Part shown: positions 50,492-62,000 of the stretch, piece after piece
Layout of the letters: every line of letters begins with the position of its first letter
Position numbering within the stretch: the stretch's first letter is position 1
DNA from: Octopus vulgaris
Taxonomy: Eukaryota
Length of the DNA: 62,000 nucleotides
Direction of reading: 5' to 3'
Assembly (NCBI GenBank): GCA_951406725.2
Contig: OX597823.1
Coordinates: forward strand, 26,184,001 to 26,246,000
The notes under the pieces: generated by a model
Told to the model about the DNA's origin: nothing
Databases searched by the model: none
What the model saw: only the letters and a program-made list of their open reading frames with translations
Translations under genes and position numbers: made by a program

Positions 50492-53400
50492 CATGCATAT
50501 ACATATTTTGGTGTAATTATGTATGTATGTGTGTGCAAACAGATTTGTGTAAGAAGATCCAGGTATGAACATATGCACACACATATGATTATCTAAAATT
50601 TATGGGTCTTATAGAGCTGAACACGAGGTGCCAACAAGTTACCTTGCAGCACACTTTCTAAATATTCTATTTTCAAACTCATAAATTCAGTTCATCAGGC
50701 CTTTGCTCAGCATTTAGCTAGAGCTTTCTTTCTCTGCTAAGGACTATCCAACACAGACATTGTTAGCATAACCTACTTCGTTAGTAGATTTTACCTTTCT
50801 AGTTTGATTGTCTTGTCACTTCTAATGAGTTGATGCCAGCAATTTGTGGAGAAACACTCTGCTGATTTCACTGACTCTCCAGCTTGTAGCTGAAGATGGC
50901 ATTTCATTGTTATGTTTGTTTCATGTGGGAGGTTAGTTCTTTCAGAATTCAAATTATGTGTGTGTGTCTCTGTTTGTTTATATTCCTGTGGATGTATGTA
51001 TATTGCTATATCTGTTTGTTCTTACATACACACACACACACACACACACTACATATTCGCGTAGGCACAACTGGGGAGTGAAAACGAAATAGTCAAACAT
51101 ATGACTTTAATTAACATACTTGTTGAGTTGATAATTAGTAATTGCAACACCTTTCAAAGAGGAGTAACTAATTAATCTCTATCAGTATCCAGCCAATATG
51201 AAGTTATGCAATCTCAGAATTGTTTATTTATTTATTATTGTTGTTATTAATCCTTTATAGCTATTCAGCCTTTTAGCTAAGATCAAAGTGTAGTGGTGTT
51301 GGCGTTATTATTATTATTATTATTATTATCATAGTCTTATTGTTATTGTGTGCTTTCATTACATAATCAAGTGCAATATTGTTATTGTGTACTTTCTGTG
51401 CACAGTGGGAACTTCTTTTCCTTTCTTTCTTTTTTACTAGTTTCAATAATTGCATTGCGACCATGCTGGGGTATCACCTTCAGTCAGTTTGAATTAATCA
51501 TATCAACCCTTGTATTTTGCCTAGTCATTATTTCAACATTCTTGTATGGTACAAAATAGAAAATAGAACATTTGGCATGAGTAGATAACAAGTTGAGTAT
51601 GAATACCACAGGCTATTTCTGTTTAAATGTACCAGTTTTTCCCCCATTGTTCAAATTTTTCTTAAGAAGTATTGGTCAACCTGAGATTATGGTAAAAACA
51701 TTTGCCTAGTGTTGTAGGATTGAACCAGGAACCACATGATTGCAAAGCATCTTGAGCAAGTGCTTTCTATTATAACCCCAGGCCAACCAAAGCCTTGTGA
51801 GTGGATTTGATTGATAGAAACTGAAAGAAGCTTTGTGTGTATGTGTGTGTGTTACTGTTTCCTTGCTTTGGCATCATATGACAGTTGTAAATGAGTCTCA
51901 CCACTGTGCAAGTGTTGTCTTTCATTTCCAATCTTCTGTGAAAACATGTCTGGTCATGGGGAAATATTACTTCATTTGGGAAACAGGTGAGGTTTGGTGA
52001 CAGGAAGAGCATTCAGCTGTAGAAGAGTGGACATTGAAATGATGATGATGCAAAAGGGCTGTATGTAAAATGTCATTCTACTGAAAAGGGCCACTGAGCT
52101 ACAAAGGCTGAGAATCACAGGTCTAAAAACTAATTCTGGGCTGGAGGTGTATCAGCCTTTGGATAACACCGGTGGCTTGGAAAGGGGAGGCTGGTATGCA
52201 TGGGCAACTGCTAGTCTTCGATAAACAACCTTGCCTGGACTTGTGCTTTGGAGGGGAACTTTCTAGGTACAATCCTATGGTCATTCATGACCGAAGGGGT
52301 CTTTACCCCCCCCCCCTTTTTTTTTAAGCATAAAAACAATTAGTAAATTAAATGTAAATTAAATGATTTCTTTACATTAGTACCATTCCACATATTCATA
52401 CAAGAGTGAGTTATAGTTGATTGAATCAACCCTTCTTATTTTATCATATCATCCAGTGAGTAGTGAAAAGTCCCTTGATCCTTCCAGTGGAGTCAAATTT
52501 GTTGCAAGCATTCAGAATAGGTTTCCAGTATAAGAAAAAAAATTTCTTTCCTTCCACCAGTTTTGGAGGTCCTGAATAAAGGTAGTAGGTGCTATTCTTC
52601 TTTCTTTGGGTAAAATACATATAAAATATAGTTGGGCTATGGGATTTGAACTTAAAATGTAAACATTATTATCATCGTGAAGTATATTTACCATCTAAAT
52701 ATGGCTAACTCCTAAGGGTGGATACTACTGTAGCTTGTAGCCCCAGGAGGACACCTCCTCCAGCTGGCTATTGACACACTTTCTGTGCCCTATCAGTATT
52801 TGCAAAGGGAAGCCATCCTTCCTGTCTTCAACCTATGATACACACAGACTCGAGTTTCTGGGTATTGACCCGTCATCAACGTATGACAATCACAGTTGTC
52901 GATGAAAAGTAGGTTCCCTTTGCAAATATATATCCTTTTTCCAGTGACGTAGAGACACTGATATCGAAAAAGTGTAAACAAGCAATAATACATCTCAGAG
53001 CGAGTTATAAACATCATCATTTAATGCCAAAATTCCCATGCTGGCATAGGTTGGATGGTTTGAAAGGAGCTGGTAAGTTGGAGAGCTGCACCAAGTTCCA
53101 TTTGTCTGTTTTGGCTTGGTTTCTATGGCTAGATGCCCTTCCTAACACCAACCACTTTACAGAGTGTACTTGGTGTCTTTTAAGTGTCACTGGCATGGGT
53201 GCCTTTTACGTTGCCTGATGCATTACTATTTCTGCTACTGCAGCACCTAAATAAATAAGGATTCCTTTACACACGGTGTACTTTTATATAATACAAAGTA
53301 TTTTGGATTGTCTTCCATTCCTTATATTTCTATGAACCAATAAGGGAGCCAGACAATGACCTTTTAGATGATTTAGTACTAGATAAGATACTTCAATAAA

Positions 53401-53869
53401 ATATTTGATGATCATGTCTGGATCGCTTTTGACTTGGGGTTAAACAATGGCAGCAGTAAAGTGGCAGGATTATCAGAAAATTTTGTTGAGGAATGTAGAT
53501 GTTTTATTGGCTTGGTTAGAGTATGTAGGACTTATTTTCAAACCAGAGATTTGGTCCAAATGTTTGCAATGTAGTGGATTGTGCTAATAGTACCCAAATA
53601 TCAGTAAATAGAGCCATGGATTAATTTTATCATTTAAGATCAGGAACCCTGACAGATTTCCAAGGTTTCTACTTACCAAGTTTCGTTTACAGGCTTCAGT
53701 TGACCTGAATTTATGGTGGAAGCCACTTGACCTAGGTGCCGTATATAAGGATCAAACACAAAACCACACAAGACACCCTAGATAAAAATTGCTATGGATT
53801 AGTATTATAAGAGCTAAGAGGTAGGTTGGAAAAACTGGAATAAAAGGTGGGTAGCAGATAACTATACTG

Positions 53870-54740
53870 AGAAGCTAGATGTTAAGTGTATTTGGCAAAG
53901 GGAGATGCAGAAAGTAAGGAGTTAGTTCTGTGGTGTGAAGATTGGAAGAATGAAGTGTTTCAGATTGCAAGGAGAAAATTAAGAAGACACGAGAGTTGTG
54001 TGTATGAAATGAGAATGGTACTTTTGCACTTACTGGTATTTAAAAGAAAGAACCATGGAAGTGTTATTATGAAAAGTTGTTAAATGAAAAGACATGGGAG
54101 AAAGATGGTTTTCCTTGAGAGTACTTTTCTTGAGAAACCAGCCATTCAGGTTGACAGCAGTATGGTAGATTTATTAAGGATATGAAGGCAGGGAAAGCAC
54201 CTTGTCTATGAGGAATAGTTACTGAGTTGCTTAGAATATATGGAGTATGGCACAGCTTAGTCAGTCAGGTAATTCAGTTGATCGTGCTTGACAACATGAT
54301 CATCAACTATTACATGAGCAAAAGTAATGCATTTGAGAGAATCAATTATAGAGACATCAAACTGTTGAATTATGTTATGAAATTTACAGAAAGTGTAATA
54401 GCTTGATTGATTAGGGAATGAATTTATCTGGATGAGATGCAGTGTGGCTCTGTGCCAGGAAGAGTTACTACTGTAATAATTTTTCTTGTGAGACAACTAC
54501 AGGAAAAGTATTTAACCAGCAGTAAGCCACTATAATTAACATTTTGTCAATCTGAAGAAATCCTTTGACCAAGTTCCATGATCTATAATCTGGTGATCAA
54601 AATAACTGCACTGTTATGGACATATGGAGTACAATAGTTGGTAGTTAGTGCTCTAAGTGGATGGAATCTGGAAAAGAATGAAGACAGCTTTATAGATGTT
54701 GAGCCTCACAAGAGATGAAAGGGACTGAAGGTGACCTGCA
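53870..54740 (+). mobile_element. Old RTE LINE ORF2 relic
   Basis: EDWKNEVFQIARR..., gatgagatgcagtgtggc, and VRQLQEKYL..SKPL...KSFD remnants. Confidence 0.65.
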
Positions 54741-57700
54741 GAGCTGGAGAACACCTATCTTCCTTAGCAAGTTTAGTGAAGGGAATGCTAAAATGAAGTT
54801 GGGATGGCAGCTGGGACGTCCTCTCACTTTCATAACTCACTCTTAGCTCTTTCACTCATTTTCCTCCCACTTATACTCCGATATTCCCTGTATCATGCTG
54901 CCTGTATGCAAGATAGCAGTGGACCTTTCCCTGTGCACCATCCTTACAGTAGCGGAAGCTCTTTAGTCTTGCAAAGTATAGCTAGTAGCATTATAATAAA
55001 ATGCACCTTGTACATTGTGTAAATTCGCTGGTGAATTAAGCAATGTAGGACTTAAAGGACTTATTTGTTTTGCTAAAGGGCATTGCAGCCTCTCTAGTAG
55101 CTGGTGTTACAAAAAAAAAAAAAACATGGTCAGTACAATCTGTAAAAGGATTGGTGTTAGGTAAAACATTAAGGCATAGAAATCATACCAAAAACTGAGA
55201 TTTGAGAGTGAGACATGGTCCTCTGACTCATCTAGAAGGGCAATAACTCCAAATAATAACTAACTTGGACCATAACAATCAGTCCAACCCATACCAGCAT
55301 GGAAAACAAATGTAAAAATGGTGGTGGTGGTGGTGGTGGTGGTGGTGGAAGATAAAATTATTAGCGATAGATTGAGCAGAATGAAAATGAGAGAAAATGG
55401 TAGCTTAGTTGAGAGTGTTTGTAAGAGATGGTAGAATACTAAGCTATGTGTGTGTGTGGGGGGGGGGGGGTCTGTCATTATTGCAGATTGGTCCAAGAAG
55501 GAAAGAAAAGCAGGTGGTGCAGATTTTAGCTGAAACTCAGAACTTTGGTACTTTAAAAAAAATAGTATGTATCACAGTCACTTGTCAGTAACACTATAAT
55601 GAGAATAATTAAAAAATCTGAGAATTTTATATGCCATAAAAAGTATGTAGCTTATAACGCATATGAAACCTTATTTATCTGTGAGGTGTTTTTGTAAGGA
55701 ATGTGCTCACACTTTGCCTAGAGCATGAAAGTAAAATGAGTTACCCTGCTTATCGGGTTTATGACATGAAATAAATCCTAAAGTTGTGATAAACTTTTTC
55801 TTTCTATGATAGCATAACAGCTTTTTTCAAGTTTACGAAAGTTTGCAATATGAAAATACCAAAAATAACTTATTTATGACTAATTATTGAATGAATGACT
55901 TGAGTAAATAACAAATCTAAATGGTTGATAGGGTGCCAGATAACTAGTCAGTGATTCATCTCCTATCACTGGTATTGTGTCTGCAACCAAGATACTGTAC
56001 TACCAAATAACTCAATCAGCTCTAAATAGGTACTGCATGGTAAGCAGCAACAAAATTGTAAAAGATGGAATCAAGTAGCATGAGAGAATGTTGAGCCTGA
56101 CATATGTTTCATTAGCTTACAGTGCTAAATTCATTTCTGCTTCTAGGTATAGCTTAGCAACAGATGTACTCCTTCAGGTCCCTAGATTCACTACTTCATA
56201 TATTATCTTTAGAGATTCTCCCATTACTTAAGGTAGTGATTTCCAACCTGTGTGCTATGAAGTTGTCAGGTCAGAATATTTTATTTCATTTCCCAATTAA
56301 AAGTAAGCATTCATTAGATTTGTTTTTACTGTACAATGAATGTCTAACTATAGGAGAAATATGTTTGTAGTGTTTTGTCTTATTTTTAGTAAAGCAAATA
56401 TGTTGCCACCTTTTAATGCTTGGAAAACACTGACCTTAATGGCTTATAGGACTCCTCACCAGATAATGGCTGGACTTTGAATTGAAGATCTTTTGCTAGC
56501 ATTAAGTAGAATATGAGTGGTTTCAGGTCTCTTTACCCAAATTCACTGTAAATCTCAGAGTTCTAAAACTCTTGTTTAAGAGTTGAATATTCATGATAAT
56601 TATCATTGGAGAAAGTGTTGCACATTCTGCATTGTACTGTTGCTAAGGTTACTGTGTCAACAACGACTTCACTTTTCTCTGTCCTCAAACTATGCTGAAA
56701 TACTATTTTTAAAGCCAGGAAATGTTATCAGGTAAGGATGGGGGAGAATTAAAGGGTGTGGTTGTAGTTATAATGATAGTACTGTGTTTTTAAAGACTGG
56801 AAGATTTTTTTCAGCTCTTCTCCCTAATTTCTGAAGAGGGAGATTGTTATTTAAAAGATGGGGAAAAAAAAGATCCTATAACTCATTTGAGGAACTTGGC
56901 CTTTTTTTTTTCTGTTTCAATGCAGGTTCAAGAAATAGGTTGATATTTTTTAGGGTAGGGGTGGGGTGGAATTAAGGATGGAGATAAAGTGGTGGCAGTG
57001 GTAATGGCAGCAGGCAAGACCAGGTTTGAAATTAAAAATGAAAACAATGTTGGGTAGAGAGGGAGTACAGTTATATAATAAGTAGCAAACATAACCATGT
57101 GGCAGGGACTGAAAGAATTTATTGGCATCATCTCAAAACAAGAAAAGAAAATTTTGATGGTTTGGTTTTGAAACTAGTCAAGATCTAAATAAAATAGACC
57201 AACTGTCATAGTGCCCCATCTAGTTCATAAGTGTATGAAAGATGAACATGAAGGCTATGATGATGATGATGATGATGATGACTATGTGGCATTTGAAATT
57301 GAGGATAGTTCTTACAAATTAACGAGTAATCGTAAATGACATTTGTGTAGTTTGGTTGCAAAGATTGTGTGTGTGCCTGTGTCTGGAAGAGGAGAGGTAG
57401 GAGAGAATATAACAGATATGCTATTGTATCTTTACCATTCAATGCCTGTAAGTTGAGGAGGCCGTTGGATGCCACAACTTGTTTGGAAACTTTATTACCT
57501 CTTCCTTCCCCTTGGTTAAATATTTTTTTGATGTATTTTTATCATATTTTAGCCTAGTGCTATCATTCACCCTTTCAACTAATATCTGTTTACATGAACT
57601 TCAATATCTTCCAAGATGTTCTGTTGTTTTGACTAATTCTTCATTGTGGCCAACTTGCCTGATATTTCATTATTTCTTCATTTCTTTGATGGTTATTGCT

Positions 57701-58274
57701 ACTTTTGCTGAATAATATATATTCCATCTAATCTTGCAATTTTCCAGAACAAAAAATGTTTTTGTTATTTTATGTGTGTATGTGCATGTGTGTGAGAGTG
57801 TGCATGTGTGTGAGAGTGTGCATGTATAATGTATAATGTGTGAGTGTGATTTTAAAAATTAATCTTTATTTTCATGCAACTTTTTATCTGTTTGGAATAG
57901 TACCAGTTAATATGAAGAATTCATGTATATCTTCTTTATACGTTACCATTTACTACTGTCTGTTTTATATTTTCTGGCAAAACTAGCTTTGTTAGTGAAC
58001 CAGCAACTTCCTTGTGGAACATTTTTTTCCTGTCCATATTTTCCGTCTAACCACCAGTTTACAAGTCAAATGTAGTAATAATTATGAGGCACAGTGCTTT
58101 CAAGGATCATTTCTTGGATTACTGATCACAGGTGTTTTTACTTCTGTAGCCATTGTGTTGTGTCTGTCAGCAAAGCTCTTAATTCTGTTTGCACCAGCTA
58201 ACCCGAATAAGCTCTTTCCTTCTTCACAGTTGACTGGTAACTGTAACAAGTAAACTCATGCAAAAAATATTAAG

Positions 58275-58645
58275 TGGCTATGTGGTTAAGAAGTTTGCTT
58301 TCCATTCACATGGTTTAGTCCCACTGTTTGGCGCCTTAGGCAAGTGTCTTCTGTTATGGTCTTTCCTGACCAAAACCTTATGAGTAGACTTGATACATGG
58401 AAACTGAAAGAAGCCCCATTGTATATATGTGTGTATGTTTGTGTCTCCTTGTCTTGGCATTGCATGATTGCTGTAAATGGGTCATTCATTTCCAGTATTT
58501 TGTGAAACCATTGAAAAATATTACCTGGCTTGGAAAAAATTGTGGGTTAGCAAGAAGGAGGGCATTTAGCCATAGAAAATCTACCTCAGTAAACTCTAAC
58601 TCCTGCAAGCATAGACAAGTGGATGTTAAAACAATGATGATGATA
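58275..58645 (+). mobile_element. tRNA-derived SINE with the common head but an RTE-type tail
   Basis: Head and body match the 21446 SINE up to ggaaactgaaagaagccc; the tail is ...gggcatttagccatagaaa...gtggatgttaaaacaatgatgatga. Similar copies at 51755-52050 and 44540-44750. Confidence 0.7.
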
Positions 58646-59509
58646 TATGTATGAAGGCACGTAGCCTAGTGGTTAGAGTGTTGGGCTTATGACCATAAGT
58701 TTGTAGATTTGATTCCTGAACTGATGCTGCAAATTGTCCTTGTAAGGGTCTTTATTTCACATTGCTCCAGTCTGATCAACTGAAAATGTGTAGCAGCCTA
58801 ATACTGGTGCAGCTACCCCTCCTTCCAGCTGTCTTATCCTGGATATTCCCCTAGATTAAGTATGATAGTGCTGAGCAAGCATCTATATCTGCTTGCAACT
58901 ACAGAGGCACCTACAACTAATGAAAGCATGGTACCAGTTATTATATCACAACTTGTTTGCAAGTGATAGCTAATCTATGGATAGATATTATGTATGGCTG
59001 TGATTAAGATGTTTGTTTTATAACCTTATGGTTCATGTTCAATTTCAATGTGTATTACCTGATGTGTCTTCTATTGTGGTCTCAAGTGATGAATATTTAT
59101 ACAAGTGGAATTTGGACAAAAACTGTCGAAGGCTGTTCTACATGTTCCCTTTGTGTCTTGTGAGCAAGCTGTGGGGCAAATTGAGTTGGATAAAATAAGT
59201 ACTGGGATGATAATAATTAACTAAACACTTGGAGGCAGCTGCCCAGTATACCTGCATGTCAGTGAATGAAACCATTAAAAAAAAGAGAGAGACAGAGAGG
59301 TTGTAGTCTGAGGTATTGAAAGAAGGAACTGACAGTAAATGTAATGACCATGCACTTTTCAGTTACTCTTTCTATAATATTGAGTTCACTTATTTTTGGT
59401 GCTATGTATGCACAATATGCAAAGTCTATTCATGTATAATGTGTGTGTGATTAATTTGGTTAAACTTATTAGTTAAGAGAAGAAATTGATATATCAGCTC
59501 ATGCTACTT

Positions 59510-59760
59510 GGAAAATGTTGTTTCAGCTGTTTAAATTTTCAAACCTTTTGGACTAAATTCATATCTACTCAACAGTACCCGAATTGTTCAAAGAAGGCAA
59601 TGCAAATCTGGCTTCCATTTGGTTCAGCATTTTTGTGTGAAACAGGCTTTTCTGCTTTAGCAAGTATAAAATGAAATACAGAAGTTGTCTACAGGCAGCA
59701 GATGACATGCCTTGCCTTGACAAGCATTTACTCTAGAATCGATGAGCTTTGTCAATAAAC
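59510..59760 (+). mobile_element. hAT (Charlie/Buster-like) transposase C-terminal dimerization-domain relic
   Basis: FWTKFISTQQYPNCSKKAMQIWLPFGSAFLCETGFSALASIK, then YRSCLQAADDM...RIDELCQ after a frameshift. Confidence 0.8.
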
Positions 59761-61404
59761 ATAACATTATTGTAGGTTATATTTCTATGTGCATTTTACT
59801 TTCACTTAGTCTACATGTACAGTACTTCCAACTTTTTAAACTTGTCTAACACTGTGGTGAAGAAAGAATTATAAGGATGCTAGTTGTATTTTGCCTTTTT
59901 CATTAAAAAGGTAGTAGTGGTGGTAGTTGGCATTAATTCTTGTGCGTATGTGTCTGGCTGTGGTATTTGTCAGTTCGGGAACCACTGAATTAAAAATAAC
60001 CAAAGAAAAACATCAAGAGTCTGAGCAAAACTAGTGTCAGTCTGTGTCAACAGAAATAGTTAATATAATTTGTAAGATTGTGTGCCTTGAGAATACTTAC
60101 AAAAGCTAATTCTGAGCTTCAAAGAAGAGCCTTCCTTGACACATTGGAATTCAACTCTGCTCACAGCACACAAACTTATCCTGTTTTATAAATTGCATCC
60201 AAATATCTGTTGAGGTATTAGGTCAGCTTTTCATCGTTAAATTTAGATAATTTGAAGAGTGTGTGTGTGTTAATCAAGGTAATATTGGAGACTTGATGTA
60301 TGTGAGATTAATGCATTTAACTACTGAGTGGTGTCATTGAGTAGAACACCATTTACTTCACTTTACATGGCTGATAAAAGAAGTTCTTCCCTCATATTTG
60401 TTGTTGTTTAGCCCCAGGTCTAGCAGACTTATGATCAAAGATATTTTTATTGTGACCATCCTGTCTATTTGTATATCAAGGACTACATTGTCCAATGTGA
60501 CCTTATTTTTACTAAAGCGTGCAATTTGAAGGAGATTTGGTTACCATTTCTTGTACATTGAACTCCTTCACTGGCTTGTCTTGATTTTTTTTGTTCACAT
60601 ATGTCGTATTTACATAGCCTAAAAATATTTTTTCAGACTCAGTGTATCTTGGATTATAGATCCAATGTACCCTTCTTTATTTTATGTGACAAGTTGTGAT
60701 TTGAAGGAATTTTAGCTCCTGTTTCTAACAAGACAAGCAGTTGTATAGAGGCACCCTCATTGGTTAGCTTCATGGTTGAGTGGGTTCTTTTTTTCATTGC
60801 TCTTCCACTTTAACCCACAAACCTTACATTGCTCAAACTAGGATAGAAAAGTAGGTGCAAGACATTAAGTAATTGTTTCTGACATTGGTATAAGGCCATA
60901 GATTTAAGAAGTGGTTAATCAATAATATTGATTCCAATATTTTGACTATTAGTTTATCAGCCCTTGAGAGATGAAAGACAAAATTGACCTCGAGATTTGA
61001 AATCGGATATAAAAAGCCAGAACAAACACAGCAGGACAGTTCAGTGCTCCAACAATTCTACCATTTCCTTGATTCTATCACCATATAAACAACAATGACA
61101 ATGAAAATGAAGATAAACAGCCACAATAGTGATGCTAGCTTGCTAGTATTTATATATATAACTGAAAATACAGATCTTCTCACCACTTTCTCTCATATGT
61201 ACAATGTAGGTATATATTAAACTCGACTGCTGAAATCTACAAGTTTTGTTCATTCTCTCTCTCTTTATTTTCTCTTATTCCTTTCTGTTAAAGAGTGTGG
61301 GCCCAAAATGTAAAAGATTTTTTCATCTTCCTGAGCATCAAGTTAATACACTTGCTTGTTGTTCACACATTTGTCTTCGTCTTTAGTTTTTCTCTAAATT
61401 TCAA

Positions 61405-61449
<45 letters not shown>

Positions 61450-61454
<5 letters not shown>

Positions 61455-62000
61455 GTGTCCTAAAAGGCACTGATGTGTTTCAGTTTTTAATAACTTCATT
61501 AACTTTACAAATAAATGCATGAAATTTTGATACAATATAAAGGACATAATGGAAATTAATATGCACAAGTCAAACTTTGCAACACCACTACATCACATAT
61601 GAAAAATGACAGCCATTTTCGGCTTCACATGCTTGTGCTCTTTCCAAAACTTGCATCATAACACCCTCAAGAGTTTCAGACCTCACTTCTCTGATTTTTC
61701 TATTGATGTTCTCCTTCAGTTGTGCCAGGGTCTCCGGTTTGTTGACGTAAACCCTCTATTTCAAGTATCCCCACAAAAAATCCCGGCATTGTTGACGCAG
61801 GAGATTATTCTCTCTCCAAAGCACTGCTGTAGCAACAGCATTGTTTCTCTTGCAGTATGAGCAGTTACTCCATATTGCTGGAACCATGTGTGAGGTCTAC
61901 TTTGAATGGTCTTCACGTTAGCCCAGATTTTTTATTGTGAGGATACCTGAAAGAGAGGGTTTACGTCAACAAACCAGAGACCCTTGCACAACTGAAGGAG
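61450..62000. mobile_element. Tc1/mariner-superfamily transposase 3' halves joined head-to-head; runs off the window
   Basis: Minus strand WFQQYGVTAHTARETMLLLQQCFGERIIS...DFLWGYLK*RVYVNKPETLAQLKENINRKIREV...; plus strand from about 61900 PDFLL*GYLKERVYVNKPETLAQLKE. Confidence 0.85.

Overview
AT-rich animal DNA that is very probably octopus. This is inferred from the dense (TA)n/(CA)n/(ATC)n microsatellites and the SINE/LINE families as I recall them; no search was run. I found no intact protein-coding gene, and nearly all ORFs in the track are microsatellite translations or transposon relics. A CpG-retaining segment at about 11.2-16.4 kb looks like a promoter region, possibly bidirectional, with a strong + strand donor at 12344/12345. 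The rest reads as long intron or intergenic DNA packed with transposon fossils: CR1/L2-group and RTE LINEs, several tRNA-derived SINE families, Penelope-like fragments, Helitrons, mariner/Tc1, hAT, MITEs and a probable solo LTR. Three observations stand out. (1) A Penelope-linked terminal repeat combines a tRNA-like Pol III head with a minimal hammerhead ribozyme core, which is degenerate in the copies here. (2) Two head-to-head non-autonomous Helitrons are present; one carries a piggyBac-like transposase fragment plus a 116-bp minisatellite. (3) A covarying 3' stem-loop is shared by a CR1-like LINE and a SINE. Fold-back inverted repeats are also frequent. Coordinates were read by eye, so the edges of degenerate elements are approximate.
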